From Thermodesulfovibrionales bacterium (lineage in GTDB: Bacteria; Nitrospirota; Thermodesulfovibrionia; Thermodesulfovibrionales; SM23-35): DNA of 64,000 bases. Within the stretch, counting starts at the first letter, position 1; each line of letters opens with the position of its first letter. The notes beneath the pieces are model-generated. The model had not been told where the DNA came from and searched no databases. It saw nothing but the letters and a program-made list of their open reading frames with translations. The stretch lies in contig CAVQRT010000031.1 in assembly GCA_963715195.1 (NCBI GenBank), positions 1 to 64,000 on the forward strand. Reading direction: 5' to 3'. The translations under genes and the position numbers were made by a program. This document shows positions 1-9,909 of the stretch, piece after piece.

Positions 1-63
1 CTTGCCATACGAAGCTGATGCAGAGATCTAAAGCTTTTCCGTTTCTTATCCTGAAAGAATGCC

Positions 64-1086
64 TCAAAATTTGCTTTTGAACTCTGCAAGAGGGTTCACC
101 ACGTCTATCTTTAGAGCCTGGGAAATATTGATCAAAGCATAGATAATCTCGCTCTTTGCGGAGGGGTTTAATTCCTTAAATCTCCTAAATTCAGCCTTTG
201 CGTCTTTGAATAAACCAAGCCGTAACATCAGCATTGCTCTATTGTAAGGCAAATAGCGGAAGTGCTTTTTTCTAAATGCGTTCCAATGTATTTCAAGACT
301 TTTCGAGTCATACGAGAGGCCGAGAGACTGAAGTTTTTTTTCGTGGATGACAATAAAATCTCTTAGGTAAGATATGCCCGAATCGAACAATCGCTCCGGA
401 TCGGTTTCGAACGTTGAAGATGAAATATGACGCCGCCAGTATCCGATGCAAAAAGGTATCGGGGCAAACTTTCCTTCCAAAGAAAGCCTCGTCCAGGTCG
501 GAAAATCCTGTGTGAGTCCCGCCGCTTCCGTAAATCCACCAATAGTGTGAATGGTTTCTTTCTTGAGCATTACCGTTGAATTAGGCAGAAAGCAATACCT
601 CTTCAGCAAAAAAATTTTCAAGGCAGACCCAACTGGATTATTGCAGGCGATGCTCGTATCATCCGGGATGCTCATATAGCCAATCTTTTTCGTGCTTTGA
701 TTAATTACGCAACTTTCGCCGTAACTAAGAACAATGTCGGGATCGCTGAAACTCTGGATTTGCATCTCAAGTTTCTCATTGTGAGGCCAGAAGTCGTCAC
801 CGTCAAGCAGCGCAATAAAATCTCCGCTACACAATGCAAGGGCATTATTGAAAGTCTTTGCCAGACGTTTAAGACCTGCATGTTCCTGAGCGGTGTATCT
901 TATTCTGCTGTCTTTAGTTCTTTGTATTATTTCACCGGTATCATCCGTTGACCCATCATCTAATATTACCCATTCCCAGTGCTGATATGTCTGATTCAGG
1001 ACGCTGCGAATTGTATGATCAATATACGGCGCCTGATTGTATACGGGGGTTAAGATACTGACAAGCGGTTTTTTGTGCATATTCAT
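64..1086 (-). CDS. Glycosyltransferase family 2 (GT-A)
   Basis: PLVSILTPVYN...VILDDGSTDDT...FIALLDGDDFW motifs; start probably ATG 1086 or 1080 rather than 1119. Confidence 0.9.
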   Translation of the reverse strand: MNMHKKPLVSILTPVYNQAPYIDHTIRSVLNQTYQHWEWVILDDGSTDDTGEIIQRTKDSRIRYTAQEHAGLKRLAKTFNNALALCSGDFIALLDGDDFWPHNEKLEMQIQSFSDPDIVLSYGESCVINQSTKKIGYMSIPDDTSIACNNPVGSALKIFLLKRYCFLPNSTVMLKKETIHTIGGFTEAAGLTQDFPTWTRLSLEGKFAPIPFCIGYWRRHISSSTFETDPERLFDSGISYLRDFIVIHEKKLQSLGLSYDSKSLEIHWNAFRKKHFRYLPYNRAMLMLRLGLFKDAKAEFRRFKELNPSAKSEIIYALINISQALKIDVVNPLAEFKSKF

Positions 1087-1117
1087 ATTCGCTTTAGTAT
1101 TATAAACGCTACCGGAC

Positions 1118-2236
1118 ATGAAAAACGTTGTGTTCTTTATAGGCTCCCTTCAGTTAGGGGGGACAGAGGCAAAATTGGCAAGGAATATCTTGCCGCTCTT
1201 AAAAAAGAGCGGAAAAGTAAATCCGAAACTTCTTCTGCTTCAGGAAAGAGGGGATTTCTTGCATGTGGTGCCTGACAGTATAGAAAGGCTGAGTCTGGGT
1301 GAAAACATGCATACAAATCTGTTTCACATTCTTCCGCGATTCAGGGATGCACTTATGAAATTAAGAGCCGATATGGTCATAAGTTGCACGTGGTACCCCG
1401 CTGTTATTGCCTATTTGGCGAAGAAAATGGGTTTTACCGATTTAGTCCATATAGTTCATGACACCGTGAATATGACCGAGTATGTTAAGGATCATTTTGC
1501 GCATGAAAAATATCGATGGTTGAAACTATATCTAATAAAAAAGGCTTATTGTGGTGCAGATGCTGTTATCGTTGTCTCGCAGGGGGAAAAAGAAGATTTG
1601 AGCCGAAATTTCGGAATCCCTGAAAAGAAGATTCGCGTTGTTTACAATCCACTCGATCGAATCAAGATAGCTGAATTATCTACCGAGGATCCCGGTATTC
1701 ATTTTGATGTGCCAGTCGTAGTATCGATGGGGCGGCTTGTTTATCAAAAAGGGTTCGATATTCTGCTCAGGGCTTTCAGAAAGGTTCGGGATGGTAGGAA
1801 AGCAAAGCTTTTAGTCCTTGGGGATGGCGAAAAAAAAGAGGAACTCATCTCATTGGCGCAATCATTGGATTTGCAGGACGATGTAGTATTTCTTGGAATG
1901 CAAGTGAATCCTTTTCAGTTTATTCTCGGTGCTGAAGTATTCTGCCTTGCCTCGAGATATGAAGGGTTGGGGAATGTCATTCTTGAAGCCATGGCATTGG
2001 GCCTTCCGGTTGTCGTTACCGATTGCCCCTCAGGCCCGGCTGAAATAGTGGAAAATGGAAAGTATGGAATCCTTGCCCCTATGGAAAATGCCGATGCTAT
2101 TGCTGATGCACTCATCAGGGTTCTGTCGGACGATAAACTCAGGGAGGGACTATCGGAGCTTTCCTTAATACGGGCAAAGGATTTTGACCTCGAAGCGTCG
2201 CTCAAACAATGGGAAGAAATCATTTTATACACATAG
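1118..2236 (+). CDS. Glycosyltransferase family 4 (GT-B)
   Basis: GGTE N-terminal loop, GRLVYQKGF, and EGLGNVILEAMA (EX7E) motif. Confidence 0.92.
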   Translation: MKNVVFFIGSLQLGGTEAKLARNILPLLKKSGKVNPKLLLLQERGDFLHVVPDSIERLSLGENMHTNLFHILPRFRDALMKLRADMVISCTWYPAVIAYLAKKMGFTDLVHIVHDTVNMTEYVKDHFAHEKYRWLKLYLIKKAYCGADAVIVVSQGEKEDLSRNFGIPEKKIRVVYNPLDRIKIAELSTEDPGIHFDVPVVVSMGRLVYQKGFDILLRAFRKVRDGRKAKLLVLGDGEKKEELISLAQSLDLQDDVVFLGMQVNPFQFILGAEVFCLASRYEGLGNVILEAMALGLPVVVTDCPSGPAEIVENGKYGILAPMENADAIADALIRVLSDDKLREGLSELSLIRAKDFDLEASLKQWEEIILYT

Positions 2237-2243
2237 TTTAACG

Positions 2244-3404
2244 ATGGAAAAAATCAAAGTTCTTTGTTTCATCTCTTCCCTTGCAGGCGGGGGTGCAGAG
2301 CGGGTCATGGTCGATATCCTCAGGAATATTGACAGAAACAAATTTGAACCAACCCTTACTTTGTTATATCCCTGTGAAGACTCGCCTTACAGACAGTTTC
2401 TTCCTGAAGACATAAGAGTTGTCGTTGTTGCCAGAAAATCAGAAAGTGTTCCCGGTAAATTGCGGCAGCTTCTGAATTTTATTAAAACAGTACGGAAGGA
2501 AAAACCGGATGTGATATTAAGTATGCTGACTCACAACAATGTCATGGCGCTCCTATCTGGCCTGCTGTGCGGGATAAAGGTGGTTGCCTGCGAGCATAAT
2601 ACCCTGAGCGAGGTTATCAAAACAGAAGAAGGCCGAAAGATGTTGGGAATACCTGTAGTCCCCATGGTGAAAATTTTCTATCGATTTGCATATAAAATTA
2701 TTGCGGTATCCGAAGGGATTAAATCAGATCTCGTCACTGCTTTCGGTATAGCATCAGATAAGGTTCAGACCATTTATAATCCGATAGCCCTGGACCGCAT
2801 CAGCCATTTTATGCACGATGCACCCGGGCACCCTTTTTTCAGAGAGCAGAAACCTGTTGTTGTCGCCATGGGTCGCATGACCCCGCAAAAGGGATTCGAT
2901 ATTCTGCTCAAAGCTTTCAGTCGTGTCATTGTAGCAACAGATGCTCGATTAATTATTATGGGTGAAGGTCCCCAGCGTACTTACCTCGAAAATATGGTCA
3001 AGGATCTTGGAATCGAAGAGAAGGTTTCTCTGGCAGGATTCCAGAGAAATCCTTACGCTCTGTTAGCTCACTCCGACGTCTTTGTTCTGTCATCACAGTA
3101 TGAAGGGTTACCTATGGCCATACTCGAAGCCATGGCATGCGGAATTCCTATTATTTCCACCGACTGCAGGTCGGGCCCGCGGGAGATCCTGAAGAACGGA
3201 CAATGCGGCATAATCGTCCCGGTCAATAATGAAGCAGCACTGGCAGACGCAATAACGGAATTATTGAAGGACAAAAAACAGCGGGAGGAATTGTCAAAGC
3301 GCGGGAAGGAACGAGTAAAAGACTTTTCAGCCGGGGAGATTGTCAGACAGTATGAAGAGATAATTTACAAAGAGGCAGTTTCTCGCCACAAAAAATCTTT
3401 ATGA
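2244..3404 (+). CDS. Glycosyltransferase family 4 (GT-B)
   Basis: SLAGGGAERV, GRMTPQKGF, EGLPMAILEAMA; ATG 2244 lies just after the previous stop. Confidence 0.92.
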   Translation: MEKIKVLCFISSLAGGGAERVMVDILRNIDRNKFEPTLTLLYPCEDSPYRQFLPEDIRVVVVARKSESVPGKLRQLLNFIKTVRKEKPDVILSMLTHNNVMALLSGLLCGIKVVACEHNTLSEVIKTEEGRKMLGIPVVPMVKIFYRFAYKIIAVSEGIKSDLVTAFGIASDKVQTIYNPIALDRISHFMHDAPGHPFFREQKPVVVAMGRMTPQKGFDILLKAFSRVIVATDARLIIMGEGPQRTYLENMVKDLGIEEKVSLAGFQRNPYALLAHSDVFVLSSQYEGLPMAILEAMACGIPIISTDCRSGPREILKNGQCGIIVPVNNEAALADAITELLKDKKQREELSKRGKERVKDFSAGEIVRQYEEIIYKEAVSRHKKSL

Positions 3405-4527
3405 AAATTCTCCAGATCATTTATGAAAGTCCCGGCAGTCCTTTCGGGTTCGGCGGGGCGGGGGTGAGGGCGAATGAAATTTACAAGCGATTAAATGACA
3501 CGGCACGACATAACCCTCCTGTGCATGAAATATCCCGGAGCAAAAAACGGTGAAAGAGATGGCCTGAAGTATGTCTTTGCTGGAACCGAGAGCAGGAGCC
3601 TCACGAAGAGTGTATTAGCTTACACCATCAAAGCTGCACAGTTTGTCAGAAAAAGATGCTGATAGATTCGATGTTATCATAGAAAACTTTCTTCCTTCGA
3701 CTCCTTTTTTCTCAAAATTTCTCACAGGCAGGCCTGTAATACTCCAGGTTCAGGGGGTTATGGAAAAGCACTCGCTGAAAAAATTCAGTCCGCTCTATTC
3801 CCTTCCCATGTACGCAGTCGAACAGTTCTATCCCGGACTCCACAACAGGTTCATCTTTGTATCGGATATTACGAAAAAGAAAATCATGCAGAGAGTGAAA
3901 AGACGGGTCATCTCATGCCATGTGATCCCGAACGGGATAGACGAAGAACTCCTGAAGATTGACCCACAAGAGGAAGAGTACATTCTCTTCCTCAGCAGGA
4001 TTGATATCTACACAAAAGGGCTTGATCTTCTCGTAAAAGCATTCGCAAACATAAGTCGGAAATATCCGGATTTGAGGCTGGTCCTTGCCGGATATGAATT
4101 TGACAGGATCGATTCGCTGTTGTCAGGTTTGCCTTCTTCTCTCAGAGAAAGAATTCAGTATGCAGGGTTTGTATCCGGTGAAGAAAAAATCAATCTCTTG
4201 TCAAAGGCAAAACTGTTTGTTCTGCCGTCACGTCATGAATCCGCGCCCATAAGCATTCTTGAAGCCGCGGCATGCGCAAAACCGGTTATTGTGAGTGATA
4301 TACCGGAGCTCAGTTATGTGCAAGAAGCAGGCTTCGGTCTGCGCTTCCCATCCGGTTCTGTTGAGGGGCTGACAGAGAAGATGGATTTTCTGCTCAGTGA
4401 TTTGACCAAAAGGATAGATATGGGGTCAAAGGGCAGAGAATATGCAAAACAGTTTCTCTGGAGCAGGATCGCTCAGCAGTTTGAGGATGCCTTGCGGCAG
4501 AGTAGAGGGTGTCATATCCTGGAATAG
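3401..4527 (+). CDS. Glycosyltransferase family 4, frameshifted (~3500, ~3650)
   Basis: ATG 3401 gives MKILQIIYESPGSPFGFGGAGVRA; continues in another frame RHDITLLCMKYPG, then ORF 3643-4527 with ESAPISILEAAA. Confidence 0.85.
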
Positions 4528-4599
4528 TGGCAATCAAAAGGGGCCTTCTGGTATTATCATGTCGTCTGTTATTAGTTTGTAAACAAGGAGGAATAAGCC

Positions 4600-5421
4600 A
4601 TGAAGCGATACTTGTCAATTACTATTGTATTTTTTATTTTTTCTTTTTCAATTGCTTTTGCAGAAGAAGCAGTGACTCCTGCGAATGAGACTGAAATAAT
4701 TTTGAAGGTGGTCGAAAACACACTGGGTAAAGGGGTAAAGGTTGTCCGCACCGATAACCCTGAAAAATCACCCATTGAGGGATGGAAGCAGACACGGGTG
4801 TGGATAGAGTCTGTGTACGGCGAAACTCCGGTGCTCTTTTATTCCGCCGGAGATGGAAAATTCATCTTCGCCGGTTCCATATTCAATTCGTCGGGGGAAA
4901 ATCTGACTCAGAAGGATGTCGGAGAAACCAAAGCAAAATTCATCGATATTGAAAAAATGGAACTCAATAAAGATTACCTGATAGGGAATGAGAATGCCGC
5001 CGTTAAAGCAGTCCTGTGGTTGGGAACCGACATGTATTCAAAGGAACTCTTCGAAACTTTCTATGACCTCTATCAAAAAAACCGGGATAAGATTGTTTTG
5101 TATGTAAAGTTTTATCCCAAGAGCAAGCCGGACAGAGAAAAAATGATGGCTTTGACCTGCTTTAAGAATGAATCCTTGGTAAAAGGCCTGCTGGTTATAT
5201 ACGAGGCTCATCCCGACTGGGGGAGCAAAGAAGACCTTGAAGCTTTCAAGAAGACAGGCGATCTTCAGGCCTGCAATGACGAGCAGGTTTCTAAAGATCT
5301 GAAAATTGCATCACAGCTCCGGCTGCCTCCTCACCCGGTAGCATTCATCAATGGCAATATGTTGTTAGAGAAGGCCACGAAGGAAAATATCGTAAAGCTT
5401 GCGGGAACAGAGCTCAAATAG
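4600..5421 (+). CDS. Exported DsbC-like/thioredoxin-fold protein lacking CxxC
   Basis: Signal peptide ending AFA; DsbC-N-like SPIEGW...FYSAGDGKFIFAGSIFN; GNENAAVKAVLW segment; C-terminal PVAFING; RBS aaggagg. Confidence 0.6.
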   Translation: MKRYLSITIVFFIFSFSIAFAEEAVTPANETEIILKVVENTLGKGVKVVRTDNPEKSPIEGWKQTRVWIESVYGETPVLFYSAGDGKFIFAGSIFNSSGENLTQKDVGETKAKFIDIEKMELNKDYLIGNENAAVKAVLWLGTDMYSKELFETFYDLYQKNRDKIVLYVKFYPKSKPDREKMMALTCFKNESLVKGLLVIYEAHPDWGSKEDLEAFKKTGDLQACNDEQVSKDLKIASQLRLPPHPVAFINGNMLLEKATKENIVKLAGTELK

Positions 5422-5428
5422 TATTGCA

Positions 5429-6175
5429 ATGCTCCTCGAAACCGAACTTGTCCCGTACAGCCTTTCGACACCCCCGGGGGAGAGAGTGTTGGTGCTGGCG
5501 CCTCATCCGGATGATGAGACCTTTGGGATGGGCGGCTCACTGAGGCTTCTTACAGAAGCGGGGAAGAATGTAAAAGTTGTTGTACTGACGGCGGGAGAGA
5601 AGGCAGATCCCAGAGCAACCCAAAAACAGAAATATTCGTCTTTGAGAGAAAAAGAGGCCGTGAAGGCTTTCAAGCTCCTCGGCGTGGCAGATTACGAGTT
5701 CCTCGGCTTTCCTGACAGAGAACTGGTTTCTTGCAGGGATAACGTTGAAGAAGCGATAAACAAAATCGTTTCTTCATTCTCTCCGGATGTCATTTACAGC
5801 CCGTCCCTTATTGAACTCCATCCCGACCACAGGATTGCCGCGGAAACTGCAGATCAACTGTCCCGCGGGGATAAAACTACGAGATGTATTTTCTATGAAA
5901 TCGTCTCGCCGATAAGACCAAGCATTCTGGTGGATATCTCGAAAACTTTTAAATGGAAAAAGAAGGCGATGAAATGCTATAAATCTCAGCTGAAACTGGT
6001 TGACTACCCTGATCTCATGGAAGCAATAAACAGATACAGGACCTTTACGCTGGGGAAAGGTGTCAGATTCGCTGAGGCTTTTTGGGAATTGGGCAATGCT
6101 TCTGAAGCACAGGATTTCAGGATGTGGCTCAGCTACGAAATGCCACTTGTGGCAAATAATACACAATGTATGTAA
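5429..6175 (+). CDS. PIG-L/LmbE family N-deacetylase
   Basis: LAPHPDDE, HPDH, YKSQL, AEAF motifs. Confidence 0.92.
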   Translation: MLLETELVPYSLSTPPGERVLVLAPHPDDETFGMGGSLRLLTEAGKNVKVVVLTAGEKADPRATQKQKYSSLREKEAVKAFKLLGVADYEFLGFPDRELVSCRDNVEEAINKIVSSFSPDVIYSPSLIELHPDHRIAAETADQLSRGDKTTRCIFYEIVSPIRPSILVDISKTFKWKKKAMKCYKSQLKLVDYPDLMEAINRYRTFTLGKGVRFAEAFWELGNASEAQDFRMWLSYEMPLVANNTQCM

Positions 6176-6324
6176 AATAATAGACATCCCATGAACATCA
6201 AACAAATTCAACTGCACATAAATCAACACTTCCAGTGGTCTCCTTACTGGCCTATTTTTTGCATATTATTGAAGAAAATTATTAACGTAACTCTTTGCCC
6301 GTTAAGAAAATAGTTAAAAAAACC

Positions 6325-6353
6325 TTGACAAGGATGACATCATTAATTATACT
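6325..6353 (+). promoter_or_regulatory. Sigma70-type promoter
   Basis: TTGACA-17 bp-TATACT, followed by GGAGG RBS and ATG 6375. Confidence 0.8.
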
Positions 6354-6374
6354 TTTCGAGAATATGGAGGATGT

Positions 6375-6856
6375 ATGAATTTTCTTATGAGATACATAAT
6401 TATTTTAGCGGTTTGCATGATGCCTTTTTCGGTATGGGGCAGTGAAGGAAACGCTAGAGGACAAGAAAGAAATTCCGCAGCCCGCCTGGAAGGATATCAA
6501 GCAGGCACCTGGTCCGAAGGTATCGGAGATACCGGAGAAGTATAATGATCTTGTAAAAGCGTTTTCGGAGTACTACGATGCAAAGAAAACGGGTGACTAT
6601 AAGAAAGCGTATAATATGGAGAGCAGCGAATACAGGAAGGCGACGAGTTTCGATCTTTATAATGAACGGCTCAAGAATTCTGCGCAGAATCATCGCTGTC
6701 AGGCCTCTTGAGGTAAAGCCTATCAGTGAAAAGGAGGTGATGGTCAGAGCAAGCTTCGGGTACAAGCTGGCTGCAATCGATACGGTCAGATTTTTCCAGG
6801 ATCATTGGGTAAAGGAAGACAATGCCTGGCGGCATCTGCCAAAGGAAGAGAATTAG
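6375..6856 (+). CDS. Exported hypothetical protein, possible NTF2-like fold, frameshifted (~6445, ~6690)
   Basis: MNFLMRYIIILAVCMMPFSVWG signal-like start; ORF pieces 6442-6711 (YYDAKKTGDYKKAY) and 6578-6856 (DHWVKEDNAWRH) join on removing single bases. Confidence 0.7.
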
Positions 6857-6923
6857 AGAATTTTTCGTAATTTTTGGAGGCCGTTGGCCTCGCGTGAAGA
6901 ATATTTAATAAAAAGGAGGTCTC

Positions 6924-8561
6924 ATGAAAAGAGGAATAATGAAAACGGCACTCAGGGTTGTTTTGGTTGCCGTGGTAGCACTCTGTATTTCCTTGCCTGC
7001 ATTTGCCATGAGCGGTGAAACGGCAGGCACATCGCTTCTCTTCACGTATTATGACGTGAGAAGTGCCGCAGCCGGAGGACTGGGTCTCACAGACAACTAC
7101 TTCACGGTAACGAATACAGCAACGGACAGATGGGTGCAGGCCCATGTTAGGGTAAGGACAGGGTCTGCCTCGATCGAACTGTTGGACTTTGATATCCTCA
7201 TGTCACCGGCAGATGTATTTACTTTTGATCTGTATGAGGACAATGGCGCAATGGTCTTCGCATCCTGCGACACAAAGACTCTTGTCAATTCAGGCTTCTA
7301 CCCCGAATTTTGACAGGGACAACGATGCGACGGAGACGCCGAGGGAGACGACTGTTTCGTTCTCGATAGTACCTCATTCCCTGCGATGCTCTCTCTTGTC
7401 CAGTTGTGTTATGGTGATGAAGCCTGCCGCAACTTCTCTTGCCCGCGTAAAGAAAGGATATGTTGAGGTTATCGGTGAGGGTGTTATTTGGGCCTGCAGC
7501 ACCAATAAGAACAAGTGTTGGGACGATTGCGATACTGATGACGAGTCACGATACCGGGCAAGCTTCTTCTGCATTGCACGAATTCACGACCTTAGCCTCT
7601 CGAATATATTGTAGCGGCGATGTTGAGGAAATGTATCCCGTCCTGATCGGTAGGCAGTATTATGCAACTGTATCCTCGGGAGTTGTTACAAGGTTTACCC
7701 AGTTGAATGCGTGAAGTGCTTGATCAGTATGCCCCTCTTGTCGCTCCACTGTGAGGACTTTGGGACAGAGGCTGCGAGCGCGGATTGTGTAGCGCGCTGA
7801 TGCAGGACCCATGCTACGCCTATGTCGCAGCCGATAAGGGCGACACCGTTGCCGGCGGTGCCGACGACATGAACCACTGTCTGTATCAGGACGAAATTGA
7901 TGATGCAAATGATGTCGCTAACAAGTTCGGCGCAGGCGCAACATTCGGCCCAACCCTTGTCAGACATTCAGACCGACAACCCGAGAAATGGAACACTCGC
8001 GAGAACTGCGTCAAAGATTAACTACATAATGGGTTATATGAACGATGCTCAGTCTGTGTACAATGGTGGCGGCTGGGGCACCTGGGGGAATAAAGCACTG
8101 GGCTGATTCCCATTACTTCGCAGTCCCGGCCCGAATTCTTGATATCTCAACAAGCTTTGCGTTCATTTTCCCGTTCCAGCACTTTCATCGGGGAAAGGGA
8201 CCTGATAACCCCCGTGGCAATCTGGGATAATGAAGAGAACAAGCAGACGGTTCAGCTTGGAAAGTTCCTCTCACCGGGCCTCCCGACTGTTTCCACTCCG
8301 GGCGAGGAAGCTTCGCTCTTCAAGCTGACAAATGCTCCGTTCTCTGAAGGATGGATAAGGTTTGCTATCACCGCAACCAACTCGACTGCGGGTTGCACGG
8401 AGACCGTTACAAATACCGCATCCTGCGAATGCACCAATTCCTCTTCACCGACGGATACCTATACTCCTGCGTATACAGGAGCTGTATTCAACACAGGCAC
8501 AAACCACATCAGCGCATCCCACTTCCAGTACAACAACTGGGAGATTAATTACGACGATTAA
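6924..8561 (+). CDS. Large secreted Cys-rich cell-surface/S-layer-like protein, multiply frameshifted (~540 aa reconstructed)
   Basis: AAGGAGG RBS; signal peptide ...SLPAFA; N-terminal GTSLLFTYYDVR...TVTNT...VRVRTG..SIELLDFDILMSPADVFT; overlapping + strand ORFs tile to stop 8561; terminator follows. Confidence 0.7.
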
Positions 8562-8576
8562 TTCTCTTCCTTTATG

Positions 8577-8611
8577 AAAGGTGGGAGGGTATCCCCTCCC
8601 ACCTTTTTTTT
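8577..8611 (+). terminator. Intrinsic terminator
   Basis: aaaggtgggaggg-tatc-ccctcccaccttt followed by a T run. Confidence 0.9.
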
Positions 8612-8746
8612 ATGTTCAATGCTCGCAGCGTTGCTTTCACCTTCTTTTTCTGTCAAACTATTTTTTCCTGTTGGACATTCATAGGAAACTTTAGAGAAGG
8701 GGATAGCAGAATGAAGCGAAGATTGCGCAATCTCGGATAGGCCAGG

Positions 8747-9796
8747 ATGGAGCATTGGGTCGCATTACCGAGAATAGATACGTTCAGGGCGTGGGCGGCG
8801 ATGTCTGTGCTGCTCTTCCATTATGTAAAAGAGTTCTATCCAGGCTGGAAATCGTTTTTTCTGTTCGGCTGGAGCGGGGTTGATTTATTCTTTGTCATCA
8901 GCGGGTTTGTCATGTATCTGCAGGTAACCAGAAAGTATGTGACTGACGAAAGGATCTATTATAAAAAGTATTTCAGAAACCGTTTCCTCCGGATAGCGCC
9001 TGCGTTCTACGTTTCCTTGCTCGCTGAGGTCGTCTTGCTGCACAGGGATAAACTTTTTTCGAAGGAATTCTTCATGCACCTGAGTTTCACCCATGTCCTC
9101 AATTATGATGTCGCATTCAGCATACAACCGATTTATTGGACTTTAGGCATCGAAGTTCAGTTTTATATATTTCTTATCCTCATGGCGGGTCTTGTTAGAA
9201 GGAATCGATTCCTTTACCTGAATTTCCTGATGATTGCCTCCCTTCTTTACCGGTTCATTGTTGCGATGATTTTTGGATATTCCGACACGGGAATTCTGCT
9301 GATCAACCAGCTTCCTGGCAGATTGCCACAGTTTATCTGTGGTATCTTCTTGGCAATGGCGTATATGAATGAAGATTTCTGGCGTTCGTTTCGGAAATGG
9401 CGCCCTTATCTTTTGACAGCCGGTGTTTTGATTTTCTTCTTGTGCGGGTCATATTGGCTGAAAGGTGGAGACGAAATATTTAATGACGTTTTGACGTCGA
9501 CAATATTTCACCCCCTCCTTGGTTTTTCTTTTGCCTTAATAATGGCTGCTCTTTTACGTCTCAGGGGAAAGCTATCCGTTATTAGTCGATTCAGGCCCTT
9601 AGTCTTTATCGGAATTATCTCATATAGCCTGTACCTATGGCATTTTTTCTTCTTAGAGGTTACAGTATATATAGCGGGACTGAAGGACACCATGCTACCG
9701 TCAATTGCCATGCTGATAACTGCCGGGGCTGCATTTTCCTTTGCAACTTTTTCCTATTATGTCGTAGAAAAACAATTCCTGAAACTCAAGACTTGA
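8747..9796 (+). CDS. Acyltransferase-3 (OafA-like) membrane O-acyltransferase
   Basis: IDTFRAWA..VLLFH, GVDLFFVISGF, RFLRIAP, WTLGIEVQFY, SYSLYLWH. Confidence 0.93.
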   Translation: MEHWVALPRIDTFRAWAAMSVLLFHYVKEFYPGWKSFFLFGWSGVDLFFVISGFVMYLQVTRKYVTDERIYYKKYFRNRFLRIAPAFYVSLLAEVVLLHRDKLFSKEFFMHLSFTHVLNYDVAFSIQPIYWTLGIEVQFYIFLILMAGLVRRNRFLYLNFLMIASLLYRFIVAMIFGYSDTGILLINQLPGRLPQFICGIFLAMAYMNEDFWRSFRKWRPYLLTAGVLIFFLCGSYWLKGGDEIFNDVLTSTIFHPLLGFSFALIMAALLRLRGKLSVISRFRPLVFIGIISYSLYLWHFFFLEVTVYIAGLKDTMLPSIAMLITAGAAFSFATFSYYVVEKQFLKLKT

Positions 9797-9909
9797 GATA
9801 TATAGAAACTTGTAACCACAGGTGAAAGTGCTGAGCGAATGCGTGTCAGGTCAACAAGTTCAGAGATCGAGAAGAGAAAATCTTGTTCTGCTGATTACGT
9901 GTAAGGTGG

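Noticed and set aside
1..63. Partial gene at the left edge
   Set aside because: Short frames are open on both strands; cannot assign
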